A stretch of DNA of 64,000 bases from a bacterium (GCA_021788015.1 JAJYLD010000001.1:273581-337580); one strand, 5' to 3'; counted from the stretch's first letter, positions 43,568-52,174 are shown. Numbers and translations are program-made. The notes: generated from the sequence alone by a model not told the origin.

Positions 43568-44614
43568 ATGATGTATCGAGGACTTTTTCATGTCCATCAC
43601 CATATAATTCCTATTTTTGACAAAAATAACAAAAAGTTGAAAAAAAATATTAAAAAGTATTTTAATTTTTTAAAAGAAAAAAATATTCGCATTGTTGATT
43701 TCACCTGGCATAGCCATCTTTTTTGTTTAAATCCAAAATTAAAAGAAAGCGAAATATCTTATTTCAAATTAAACTTATCGCCGCTGGAAATTTTTAAAAT
43801 AATAAAGAAAGAGGCAAAAAACTTTGACATAATAGTAATACCGACACTGGAAGTTACCTGTCTTATTAAAACGGAAAAGGGGGGGAAAGAAGCACACATT
43901 TTGGTTATGCATGAAGATGAAAATTTGCTTTACGGAAGCGAATTGATGTATAAGCGCTATTTCCCTTTTGAAAATTTTTTTCATGAGGCGCCTCAAGGTT
44001 CATTGATTGTCTTAGCCCATCCCTGGAGATTTGGTTGTGGCATGACTTACTTTTTAGGAACAACAAAAACGAATGAAATAATCAAAAATTATCATCCGTT
44101 AATTGAAAATAATGGCTGGATTTATCCCTGGTATTATGCGCTCGAATCCATATTTGCACGACTGCCATTTCTCAAAAAGATCAAGAGTTTTAAAAATTTT
44201 TACGACCTAACCAAGAAAAATTTTGAACTTTCCGGTCTCGAAAATTATGTTCGTTTTTATGGAATGGATACTCACGCCCCGCACCTTCTACCGGGAAACA
44301 CTGGATTTATTGAAATGGAAATGGAAGAAAATTCTTCTATTGAAAAAATTTTAAATACTCTTAGGGAAGGAAAATTGACTCCGAGTATTCCTCAAAAAAT
44401 CGGCTTTTGGGAAAGTATGCTCTGGATGATTTATGATTTGCTAATATCGGTTAAGGACGAAATTATTCTCGAATACATGATAAAACATAAGTTCGGATTA
44501 AAACACGAATTTACTCGCCCAAACAGTAAAGATTCCGAGGAAAAAGAAAAGTTTACTGCAGTTTTAATAAATAAAGATATTGTCAAGGAAGATTTAAAAA
44601 CAAAAATAAAATAA
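43568..44614 (+). CDS. PHP-domain-like metal-dependent phosphoesterase (very AT-rich gene)
   Basis: GLFHVHHH, VLAHPWRFG and GMDTHAP resemble PHP motifs; the assignment is tentative. Confidence 0.5.
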   Translation: MMYRGLFHVHHHIIPIFDKNNKKLKKNIKKYFNFLKEKNIRIVDFTWHSHLFCLNPKLKESEISYFKLNLSPLEIFKIIKKEAKNFDIIVIPTLEVTCLIKTEKGGKEAHILVMHEDENLLYGSELMYKRYFPFENFFHEAPQGSLIVLAHPWRFGCGMTYFLGTTKTNEIIKNYHPLIENNGWIYPWYYALESIFARLPFLKKIKSFKNFYDLTKKNFELSGLENYVRFYGMDTHAPHLLPGNTGFIEMEMEENSSIEKILNTLREGKLTPSIPQKIGFWESMLWMIYDLLISVKDEIILEYMIKHKFGLKHEFTRPNSKDSEEKEKFTAVLINKDIVKEDLKTKIK

Positions 44615-44677
44615 AAACAAAAGACACGGTTTTTGTCTTTAGACTTAGAGAGAAGGTAAACTAAGTGAACAAAATAT

Positions 44678-45205
44678 ATGACTAATATTTATGATCTCTG
44701 GTCGCATAGGTGGCTGTCACCTAAAACGGAGATAAAACGATCTCCGATTTGTGCGGTTGGAGTTTTTGCAAAGGACCATATTAAGAAAGGTGAGATTATT
44801 AGAGTAACGGGAGGTCTCATAATTCCAAAAACCGATGCCGAAAAATATAACAAGATTATAAATTACGAGGTGGATAATATTTATCTTGATATCGGCGATG
44901 ATTTCTTGATGGCTCCGACACAAGACGATTTAAAACTGACCGCGACCATAAATCATTCCTGCGATCCGAACGCCGGTTTTCTTGACACGATAACTATTAT
45001 CGCAATCAAAGACATCGCTCCGGGAGAGGAGATAGCTTGGGATTACGCTTTTAGTCAAACTACATTTACACCCTTTCAATGCCGGTGCGGCAAAGATAAT
45101 TGTCGGAAGATAATTAAACCGGATGATTGGAAAAATAAGGATATTCAAGAAAGGTATGGACAATATTTTTCTCCTTATTTAAAGAGGCATTTTAAAATAA
45201 CCTAG
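44678..45205 (+). CDS. SET-domain protein lysine methyltransferase-like
   Basis: NHSCDPNA, GEEIAWDY and a post-SET cysteine cluster CRCGKDNCRK. Confidence 0.85.
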   Translation: MTNIYDLWSHRWLSPKTEIKRSPICAVGVFAKDHIKKGEIIRVTGGLIIPKTDAEKYNKIINYEVDNIYLDIGDDFLMAPTQDDLKLTATINHSCDPNAGFLDTITIIAIKDIAPGEEIAWDYAFSQTTFTPFQCRCGKDNCRKIIKPDDWKNKDIQERYGQYFSPYLKRHFKIT

Positions 45206-45273
45206 AAAATTTTCGGAAGTGATACGGATTGCCTATTTGACCCTCTTCATTTCGAGGCCTAAATATCAAGATT

Positions 45274-45300
45274 AAAAAAACCGGAAGGCCCGGTTTTTTT
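45274..45300. terminator. bidirectional terminator
   Basis: AAAAAAACCGG aaggc CCGGTTTTTTT between convergent genes. Confidence 0.8.
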
Positions 45301-45307
45301 ATTGTTT

Positions 45308-46627
45308 TTAACTTTGCATCGATCTTCTGAATCTTTCCCTGTCAGTCATTGTTTTATTTGCTTTTGAATTTTGGTGCTTAAAATTTCTTCTATTTTTCTG
45401 CTTAAATGAATTTCGTTTGCCATACCCGCCAGATTCTTTTTTAGATAAATGGTGACTGGAAAATATTTTGTCTTTTAGTGCTTTTGTTTTATTAAGATTC
45501 GTCACGGGATCTACCTTGCTAATTTGGATTTTTCTATTTATCAATCTCTCGATATTTCTTATTTCCCTGAATTGATTTGGCAGAGCAAAAGAAATGGCAT
45601 GACCCGACTTGCCGGCACGTCCCGTTCGTCCGATGCGATGAACGTAATCTTCCGAATTATCAGGCAAATCATAGTTTACAACAAGTTCGATACCGTTAAC
45701 GTCGATTCCGCGCGCGGCGATATCGGTCGCGACAAGAATTCGATAGCGGCCGCCCTTAAAGCCGCTTAAGGCTTCACGCCTTTGGGCGAGAGATCTGTTC
45801 GAATGGATTTCTTCCGCTTTGTATCCCAATTCTCTAATTTTTTGAGACAACCTTTTCGCATTATGCTTCGTCCGGGAAAAAATTAAAACGGAACCGGAAT
45901 ATTCTTTTAATATCTTTTCGAGTTGAAAAAATTTTTCCTCATTTTTTACGATAACCATTTCCTGATTAACTTTTTCGGCCGTCGTACCCTGGGGAGCGAC
46001 TTCTATTTGAACCGGCAAGGCCATATGTTTAGAAATTATTTTCATAATCGCCGGAGGCATTGTCGCCGAAAAAAGCATAGTCTGCCTTTCTTTCGGAACC
46101 GATTTTAAAATAATTTCTATTTGAGGCGCAAAACCCATATCAAACATCATATCAGCTTCATCAAGCACTAAAATTTTTATATCATCCAGTTTAACGAACT
46201 TTTGCTTAAGATGGTCATTCAATCTGCCCGGCGTGGCGATTATAATATGGGGGTTTCTTCGCAAAGCGTAAAGCTGCTTGCCGATCGGCTCTCCCCCGAT
46301 TAAAACCGCTGTTCGCAGCCCCAGCTTATGGCCGATGCTTTTTAAATTTTCATCAACTTGAATAGCTAATTCACGAGTAGGCAAGATTACCAAACCTCTG
46401 CCTTTATGTTTGGCTAAACGCTGAAGCATGGGGATGCCGAATGCCAATGTTTTGCCGGTTCCTGTTTGCGCAATTCCGACAATGTCCTTTCCCTCGATAG
46501 TAACCGGGATTGATTTGCTTTGGATCGGGGTTGGATTAGTAAATTTTAATTGGTCAAGAATTGCAAGTAGTTTTGGCGCAATACCAAGACCATAGAAATC
46601 CAATGATTCCTGTTTTGTATTAATCAT
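45308..46627 (-). CDS. DEAD-box ATP-dependent RNA helicase
   Basis: AQTGTGKT, DEAD, SAT, HRIGRTGR and a basic C-terminal tail. Confidence 0.95.
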   Translation of the reverse strand: MINTKQESLDFYGLGIAPKLLAILDQLKFTNPTPIQSKSIPVTIEGKDIVGIAQTGTGKTLAFGIPMLQRLAKHKGRGLVILPTRELAIQVDENLKSIGHKLGLRTAVLIGGEPIGKQLYALRRNPHIIIATPGRLNDHLKQKFVKLDDIKILVLDEADMMFDMGFAPQIEIILKSVPKERQTMLFSATMPPAIMKIISKHMALPVQIEVAPQGTTAEKVNQEMVIVKNEEKFFQLEKILKEYSGSVLIFSRTKHNAKRLSQKIRELGYKAEEIHSNRSLAQRREALSGFKGGRYRILVATDIAARGIDVNGIELVVNYDLPDNSEDYVHRIGRTGRAGKSGHAISFALPNQFREIRNIERLINRKIQISKVDPVTNLNKTKALKDKIFSSHHLSKKESGGYGKRNSFKQKNRRNFKHQNSKANKTMTDRERFRRSMQS

Positions 46628-46760
46628 AAATTGGTGACCCGAGTAATATGAGCCACCGGAAATGACAAAAATATTTTCGAGTCCATTTAAAACCTGGTCT
46701 AAATGCCCAAGTTTGTTTAGAAATTAAAATATAGCAGGAAAAAATTTAAATGTCAATGCT

Positions 46761-46792
46761 TTTATTTTTACTCGCCTTCCTTGCTCCGACCC
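46761..46792 (+). repeat. direct repeat, left copy (duplicate of the 3' end of the 49502-49876 gene)
   Basis: TTTTATTT-TT-ACTCGCCTTCCTTGCTCCGACC. The 22-mer is identical to 49513-49534. Confidence 0.85.
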
Positions 46793-47017
46793 TTTTGATT
46801 CTGGTGGTGATACGAAATAATTTGACTTATCAAATTATCAGTTGTATATTGTAGTTATAATAAAATATGTTGATTAAATTTAATTTTAAAACTTGGTCCG
46901 GATTTGTTAAGAACTTAATCTCTCCTACCTAAGAAGGCCGGTTTTTTAAATTCGTTTTAAATTAGCCCGTCTTCTTAGGCGGGTTTTTTGTATTTTAAAA
47001 TAATTAAATTTAAAAAT

Positions 47018-47701
47018 ATGAATTCTAAAAAACAATTAATATTTATAGGCATCTTTACTTTTTTGGGTTTTGCGGCTCTGCAATTTCCCTTAACACATTT
47101 GGCGGGTTCCAAAGCGCAATTTACTCTGTTTGACAGTTTCGCACCTATCGCCGGCGGTTTTTTAGGAAGCTTCCCCGGAGTTGTATCCGTTTTTTTAATG
47201 CAATTTTTTAATTTTTTGATTCACGGATCGAAAATTTTGGATGTGGGAATTATAATAAGATTTTTTCCCATGATGGCCGCCGCCGTTTATTTCGGAAAAC
47301 GAAATAAATTAAATTTAATTTTACCCATCCTGGCCATTGCCGCTTTTAATCTTAATCCAATCGGGCGCTCAGTATGGTATTTTTCTTTATATTGGCTAAT
47401 TCCCGTCGTTTGTTATTTTTTTCAGGAGCGCTTTCTATTCGCAAGAAGTTTGGGGTCAACTTTTGCGGCTCATTCTGTCGGCGGAGCGCTATGGATATAT
47501 TTTTTCCATCTATCGAGATCGGCTTGGATAGCTTTGATCCCCATTGTCGCAATTGAAAGATTTACTTTTGCATTGGGTATCGCTGTTTCTTATTTTATTT
47601 TTAATAATATCTTAAATTACATAAACAATAAAAAATTGGTTACTTGGAAATTTCCCGTGGATCATCGCTACGTTTGGAAATTTTCAGAACAACACTCCTA
47701 G
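47018..47701 (+). CDS. multi-pass membrane protein (possible substrate-capture/transport component)
   Basis: Six or so hydrophobic segments. It is the first gene of the module before the CofE-like gene; no motif was recognised. Confidence 0.55.
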   Translation: MNSKKQLIFIGIFTFLGFAALQFPLTHLAGSKAQFTLFDSFAPIAGGFLGSFPGVVSVFLMQFFNFLIHGSKILDVGIIIRFFPMMAAAVYFGKRNKLNLILPILAIAAFNLNPIGRSVWYFSLYWLIPVVCYFFQERFLFARSLGSTFAAHSVGGALWIYFFHLSRSAWIALIPIVAIERFTFALGIAVSYFIFNNILNYINNKKLVTWKFPVDHRYVWKFSEQHS

Positions 47702-47703
47702 TT

Positions 47704-48459
47704 ATGAAATTCATAAAAATAAAAATACGTCCGATTTTGCCGCCAAAGACGAATATCTATCCCCTGTTTGATGAATATTTATCAAAACTCAAAGACGGCG
47801 ATGTAATATTTATCACTTCAAAAATATTAGCCATACACCAAGGCAGATGCCTTAAAATAGAGCCGAGAATAAATAAACGAAAATTGATAAAACAAGAAGC
47901 CGAGAAATATATTATTGGCAGAAAACCGGCCGGAAAATTTATACTTTCCATAAAAGAACACACGTTGATTCCCACTTCCGGAATAGATGAGAGCAATGGC
48001 AATGGCTATTATATTCTTTGGCCCCAAAAACCTTCTCTTTTGGCAAGAGAAGTATGCGAATATTTACAAAAGAAATCTGGCGTAAAAAAACTGGCCGTAA
48101 TTATAACCGATAGCCATACCACGCCTCTCAGATATGGAGTGACCGGCATTTCCATAGGATTTTTTGGATTGGATCCCGTATATAATTATATAGGAAAAGA
48201 AGACATATTCGGCAGAAAATTAAAATCCACTAAAACCAATATTGTCGACGCTCTGGCGGCCATGGCGGTTTTATTAATGGGCGAAGGCAAAGAACAAACG
48301 CCCATAGTGATTTTAAGGAATGCAAAATTTATTAATTTTAGAAGAAAAAGTACTTACAAAAGATTGGTAATTCCGGCGAATCAAGATATTTATAGTCCCT
48401 TGCTTAAAATATTTAATAAGAAAAATGAAAATCATAGCAATCGTCGCAATCAGCATTGA
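47704..48459 (+). CDS. CofE-family (F420-0:gamma-glutamyl ligase-like) protein
   Basis: FITSKILAIHQGR, TSGIDESN, ITDSHTTPLRYGVTGISIG, VDALAAMAVLLMGEGKEQTPIVILR. Confidence 0.8.
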   Translation: MKFIKIKIRPILPPKTNIYPLFDEYLSKLKDGDVIFITSKILAIHQGRCLKIEPRINKRKLIKQEAEKYIIGRKPAGKFILSIKEHTLIPTSGIDESNGNGYYILWPQKPSLLAREVCEYLQKKSGVKKLAVIITDSHTTPLRYGVTGISIGFFGLDPVYNYIGKEDIFGRKLKSTKTNIVDALAAMAVLLMGEGKEQTPIVILRNAKFINFRRKSTYKRLVIPANQDIYSPLLKIFNKKNENHSNRRNQH

Positions 48460-48958
48460 TGGCAAAATAGCGATAAATTCCCATCATTCTTCGGACTGGA
48501 CCAGCCCGGAAGATAAAATTTTTTTGCATAACTTGCTAGACAATAGCAATGTTGTTATCGTGGGCAACAATACTTATAAAAATGCGATTAAGCCGCTATC
48601 AAAAAGAAAATGTATAGTTTTTACTAATTCGGTTGATACTATTTTAAAAAAATCCGATAATCTGGTTTACTGCAACCCGCAAAATATAAAATTATCGGAT
48701 TTAATAAGAGATTATGAAATAGTGGCGCTTTTGGGAGGAACACAAACCTATACCTATTTTTTAAAAAATAATCTCATTGACGAATTATTTATAACTATTG
48801 AGCCTTTAATCTTCGGGAAAGGACTGAGTATTTTTGATTGCGCGGATGAAAAACCAAACCGCTTTCAATTACTTTCCGTGAAAAAGTTAAATAATTCGGG
48901 AAGTCTCTTGTTACATTACAAAAATGAAAATCACTCGGCAAATTTTAAAAAATTATAA
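48425..48958 (+). CDS. RibD C-terminal / DHFR-like reductase domain protein
   Basis: MKIIAIVAISIDGKIA......VVIVGNNTY.....LLGGTQTYTYFLKNNLIDELFITIEP. Confidence 0.75.
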   Translation: MKIIAIVAISIDGKIAINSHHSSDWTSPEDKIFLHNLLDNSNVVIVGNNTYKNAIKPLSKRKCIVFTNSVDTILKKSDNLVYCNPQNIKLSDLIRDYEIVALLGGTQTYTYFLKNNLIDELFITIEPLIFGKGLSIFDCADEKPNRFQLLSVKKLNNSGSLLLHYKNENHSANFKKL

Positions 48959-49491
48959 AAAATTTCATCCCCGCAAGTTTTATCCACAAACATTTCGGGA
49001 TGAAATTGTACGGCATAAATAGGCCTTGTCTTATGTTTTATGGCTTCGATTCCATCTTTAGAACGAGCAAGCGCCAAAAGGTTCTCCGCGGCCTCTTTAA
49101 CCACCCAACGATGACTTTCAAAAACTTGAAAATTAGGTAAATTGGAAAATATTTTTTCTTGCTTGAGCACTTTAATTTCAAGAATACCTTTCTCTTTGCT
49201 GCGCATACGTTCGAGTTTAGCTCCGAATGCATTGGCTATGATCTCAAAGCCGAAACAGATCCCGAAAATTTTCGTTTTTGCATTTCTGATAAAATTTATT
49301 TCATTTTGAAGACGATTTTCATTTCCTTGTACCGAAAATTTGTGACCGCCTGAAAGAATTATGGCATCAAATTTGTTAGGATCTACCGAGTTAATCTTAG
49401 AGTATTTTATCGTCTCAAAAGGAATGTTGACCAACAGTTTTTTAAGTTGTGAAAAATATTTAGTGCCGTTGTTTATTATTAAAATTTTCAT
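48931..49491 (-). CDS. class I glutamine amidotransferase (GuaA/PabA-type stand-alone domain)
   Basis: IILSGG, the nucleophile region GICFGFEII, and YAVQFHPE. Confidence 0.8.
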   Translation of the reverse strand: MKILIINNGTKYFSQLKKLLVNIPFETIKYSKINSVDPNKFDAIILSGGHKFSVQGNENRLQNEINFIRNAKTKIFGICFGFEIIANAFGAKLERMRSKEKGILEIKVLKQEKIFSNLPNFQVFESHRWVVKEAAENLLALARSKDGIEAIKHKTRPIYAVQFHPEMFVDKTCGDEIFYNFLKFAE

Positions 49492-49498
49492 AATTTAT

Positions 49499-49534
49499 TT
49501 TTTATTTCTTCCCACTCGCCTTCCTTGCTCCGAC
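49499..49534 (+). repeat. direct repeat, right copy (overlaps stop and last codons of the 49502-49876 gene)
   Basis: TTTTATTT-CTTCCC-ACTCGCCTTCCTTGCTCCGACC. Confidence 0.85.
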
Positions 49535-49876
49535 CTCATCCGATCCGAAATGATGCGCGATTTCATGTTTTAGAGTGCTCGTTATTTGATTCTTTACTTC
49601 TTCTTCCGTTTGGCAGCGGCTTAAAATCGCTTTTCGAAATAGCGTAATCCGATCGGGAAGAATGGGACCGTAATTAATGCGCCTTGATTGTCCAACGCCT
49701 TCAAAAAGCCCGAAAAGCAAAACGCCCGGTTTGAGCTTCACTTTTTTTATTTGTTCAGGAGTGGGTTCGTCATCGACAAGAATGGCGACATTGTTCATCT
49801 TGCTCTTAATTTCTTCCGGAAGTACTGCAAAAGATTCTTCCACAAATTTATCGAATTGTCCATTGGAAATAATCAT
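49502..49876 (-). CDS. zincin-like metallopeptidase family protein (DUF1025-type)
   Basis: HEIAHHFG motif near the C-terminus and a typical ~120-aa length. Confidence 0.7.
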   Translation of the reverse strand: MIISNGQFDKFVEESFAVLPEEIKSKMNNVAILVDDEPTPEQIKKVKLKPGVLLFGLFEGVGQSRRINYGPILPDRITLFRKAILSRCQTEEEVKNQITSTLKHEIAHHFGSDEVGARKASGKK

Positions 49877-49915
49877 AAGTTTGTCCCCCTTCGAAAGGGG
49901 GATGAAGGGGGGTAA

Positions 49916-50527
49916 TTACGCAAATCTTCTTATTACACCTTTAACCACACCTTGAATCAATGGATCGGTCGCGTAAATCGGAGACATGGCCGAGTTTGCG
50001 GGCTGAAGGCGGATTCTTTTACTTTCGCGATAAAACTTTTTTAATGTCGCGTAGGCATTGTCGAGTAAAGCCACGACGATATCGCCGTTTTGCGGAGAGG
50101 GATTGCGCTCGACAATGACATAATCCCCGCTTAAAATTCCTTCCTCGATCATGGATTCGCCTTTCACTTTTAAAACATAGCTGTTTGCCGGATCGGTTAC
50201 GAAATCGGCGGGAACGGCTATCGTTTCATTGTCTTCGACCGCCTCGATAGGCTTCCCGGCGGTGATCAGACCGGCCATGGGCAGTTCGATCGCTCGCGCC
50301 CAATTTACAGCGGCGGTAACGATTTCAATCGAGCGCGCTTCGTTATGCGCCAATTTTAAAAATCCTTTCCGCTGCAGATTTCGCACATGGTCATGAATCG
50401 TGGCCGGACTGGAAAGCCTAAAATGCTCTCCGATTTCGCGATAGCTCGGGGCGTAACCGTGCCTTTTCGAGAACTCAGTTACGAAGTCCAAAATCTGTCT
50501 TTGGCGTTTTGTTAAATTGTCCCCCAT
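49916..50527 (-). CDS. lexA: LexA repressor
   Basis: wHTH LTKRQRQILDFV...YAPSYREIGE, Ala-Gly cleavage region LITAGKP, Ser in KGESM and Lys in TLKKF. Met-27 of the track ORF is taken as the start. Confidence 0.85.
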   Translation of the reverse strand: MGDNLTKRQRQILDFVTEFSKRHGYAPSYREIGEHFRLSSPATIHDHVRNLQRKGFLKLAHNEARSIEIVTAAVNWARAIELPMAGLITAGKPIEAVEDNETIAVPADFVTDPANSYVLKVKGESMIEEGILSGDYVIVERNPSPQNGDIVVALLDNAYATLKKFYRESKRIRLQPANSAMSPIYATDPLIQGVVKGVIRRFA

Positions 50528-50593
50528 ACATTTTGTACCCTCTTTATTAAAGAGGGTAGGGTGATTTTCCTTCCGCTCTTTAAGATGAGTTTT

Positions 50594-50604
50594 AGTTATC
50601 CACA
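50594..50604. promoter_or_regulatory. AGTTATCCACA 11-mer (contains perfect DnaA-box 9-mer), copy 1
   Basis: Identical to the 11-mer at 52196-52206; both lie upstream of minus-strand operons. Confidence 0.4.
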
Positions 50605-50620
50605 CTTATATAATTAGTAT

Positions 50621-50640
50621 AACCGAACAAAAAACGAAAG
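50621..50640. promoter_or_regulatory. candidate LexA operator, copy 1
   Basis: The plus strand reads AACCGAACAAAAAACGAAAG (GAAC-N7-GAAA). It is 17/20 identical to 52103-52122. Confidence 0.5.
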
Positions 50641-50649
50641 TCAAATTAA

Positions 50650-50678
50650 TTGACTTTCCTTTTTTAATTTCCTAAAAT
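50650..50678 (+). promoter_or_regulatory. promoter divergent from lexA
   Basis: TTGACT (50650-50655), 17 nt, TAAAAT (50673-50678). Confidence 0.6.
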
Positions 50679-50703
50679 TAAGAAAAAAGGAGGTGGTGTT
50701 TTT

Positions 50704-51047
50704 TTGAAAAAAATCGATTTTCTCGGTAAGATTTTTCCATTCTTTTAAGGACAAAAGGAAATTGCACGCTGGGGGATCTTAGGGGCGGTATCCAGTCTGC
50801 GGGGCACAATAAGAGCTTTATCCTTCTTAAGGACAAGGGCAAAGGAACTTTTTTAATTTATGTATTTTGGCTCGACAAGAGCAAGAACAGAATACAACGA
50901 AAGAAACTTAAGGAATTTAAATCCGAAAGAGTGATGATTTCTTCGCCATGGAAAACAAAAGGTTACTTGGGATTAAAGGCAACTCTGGTTTATCCTGAAG
51001 GGCCGTATGATATTTTTCTTAAGTGGCCGAAATCGATTTTGAAATAA
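50704..51047 (+). pseudogene. frameshifted ~114-codon gene of unknown function divergent from lexA
   Basis: TTG start behind AAGGAGGTGG. Frame A stops at 50746-48 after MKKIDFLGKIFPFF. The -1 frame continues LRTKGNCTLGDLRGG...FLKWPKSILK* to 51047. The shift lies in a T4 run (50743-50746). Confidence 0.4.
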
Positions 51048-51118
51048 GCTCTTCGCGAGCCTTTTTATTTTTTAAAAAAGAGAGCGATTTTATTCGCTCT
51101 TTAAGTTTTGCTTTGCGT

Positions 51119-51478
51119 TTATTTTTTTTCGGGAATGGCGGAGCCGGTCTTTATTACCACCCCCATATCCTGGTCGACGGATATGTAGGCGTTAGGATCG
51201 TTCACTTTAATCCCGATTTCTTTGAAAGTGATCTCCACCCCAGCCTTGTTGCCGCCGTCGCAGCAGGTTTTTGTCTCTTTAACTGCCTGCTGGGCAATCC
51301 GGCGGATTTTCACATCGCCGGCGTGGCCGCCGAGGATATTGATTTTGTCCAGGTCGGCGTTATAGATAACCCACCCTTTCGGGACCTTTCCTTCGTAAGC
51401 CCTACAAATTATTGTCTCTCCCGCCAGTAACTTCTCTGCGTCCGAACTCTTGATAATAATCTTCAGCTTGTCCGACAT
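51119..51478 (-). CDS. hypothetical protein C of three-gene operon (119 aa)
   Basis: GAAGGAGG lies 5 nt upstream of ATG 51478 (MSDKLKIIIKSS...). It follows gene B after an 11-nt gap. Confidence 0.55.
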   Translation of the reverse strand: MSDKLKIIIKSSDAEKLLAGETIICRAYEGKVPKGWVIYNADLDKINILGGHAGDVKIRRIAQQAVKETKTCCDGGNKAGVEITFKEIGIKVNDPNAYISVDQDMGVVIKTGSAIPEKK

Positions 51479-51489
51479 TTGTTCCTCCT

Positions 51490-51819
51490 TCAAAATAGAT
51501 TTTGCTGATTAGTATGATTTTTTTCTCTTTCCCTTTTCCTTCTGGCAATCGCCTTTTTTGTTTTTCCCGGATGCATGAGTTGATTACAATGGACAGAACC
51601 GGGCAGGATTCTAATCTCGCATCTTTCGCCGTAGCCCTTTCCGAAATGCTGGTCAAGTCTCGCTCTCATAAGTTCTTTAGCCTTGGCTATCTTCGCCGCC
51701 TCGATCACAGGCGTTGCTCCACTTACTGAGATCTGTATGAATCTAAATTTATCTCCCGTGAGGATTTGGCCAACCGGATTTTTTACTTCATATTTTGCGT
51801 TTAATTTATATTCTTCCAA
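51490..51819 (-). CDS. hypothetical protein B (109 aa, TTG start, basic C-terminal tail)
   Basis: AGGGGGA lies upstream of the TTG. The stop of gene A overlaps this SD. The tail is KTKKAIARRKREREK. Confidence 0.5.
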   Translation of the reverse strand: MEEYKLNAKYEVKNPVGQILTGDKFRFIQISVSGATPVIEAAKIAKAKELMRARLDQHFGKGYGERCEIRILPGSVHCNQLMHPGKTKKAIARRKREREKNHTNQQNLF

Positions 51820-51828
51820 AACATCCCC

Positions 51829-52080
51829 CTATTTTATCAATTTTAATCCGTGCCGCCGCTTTTCCAGTTCTTCAAGAACCCAATCCCTAAAAGGGGGATC
51901 GACGCATTTGCTTTCCTCTACCAGTTCGCGATAAGTGTATTTACTCTTGGCGCCATCCCAAAGTTCCCGCATTATTTTTATAAGAGCCCCACCTATTTGT
52001 TGCATGCGTTTTTCCTTTCTTGTGAAATGATCAATTTGATATTTAAAACTACCATAATTTTTTTTCTTAGTCAATGCCAT
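51829..52080 (-). CDS. hypothetical protein A (83 aa, possible HTH)
   Basis: The MALTKKKNYGSFKYQ... start is preferred because the 20-nt operator-like motif lies 23 nt upstream. YTYRELVEES resembles an HTH turn. Confidence 0.5.
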   Translation of the reverse strand: MALTKKKNYGSFKYQIDHFTRKEKRMQQIGGALIKIMRELWDGAKSKYTYRELVEESKCVDPPFRDWVLEELEKRRHGLKLIK

Positions 52081-52102
52081 AAAATAATTTTCCAAAATTG
52101 TA

Positions 52103-52122
52103 AACCGAACAAATTTCGAAAG
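52103..52122. promoter_or_regulatory. candidate LexA operator, copy 2
   Basis: The plus strand reads AACCGAACAAATTTCGAAAG. Confidence 0.5.
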
Positions 52123-52174
52123 ACTAAAATTAGAAAGAAATTCGCGCATTTTTCTTTACCGCCTTGCAAAAATT

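Noticed and set aside
46845-46990. Leader of the membrane/CofE module as an FMN, THF or other cofactor riboswitch.
   Set aside because: It contains paired segments (CCTAAGAAG/CTTCTTAGG) and a T-run, but none of the conserved cores I know for FMN, THF, TPP or preQ1. A covariance-model scan is needed.
50740-50750. Programmed -1 ribosomal frameshift in the lexA-divergent gene.
   Set aside because: The sequence C-TTT-TAA-G is not a canonical X-XXY-YYZ slippery heptamer, and no downstream pseudoknot is evident. An indel or homopolymer error is more likely.
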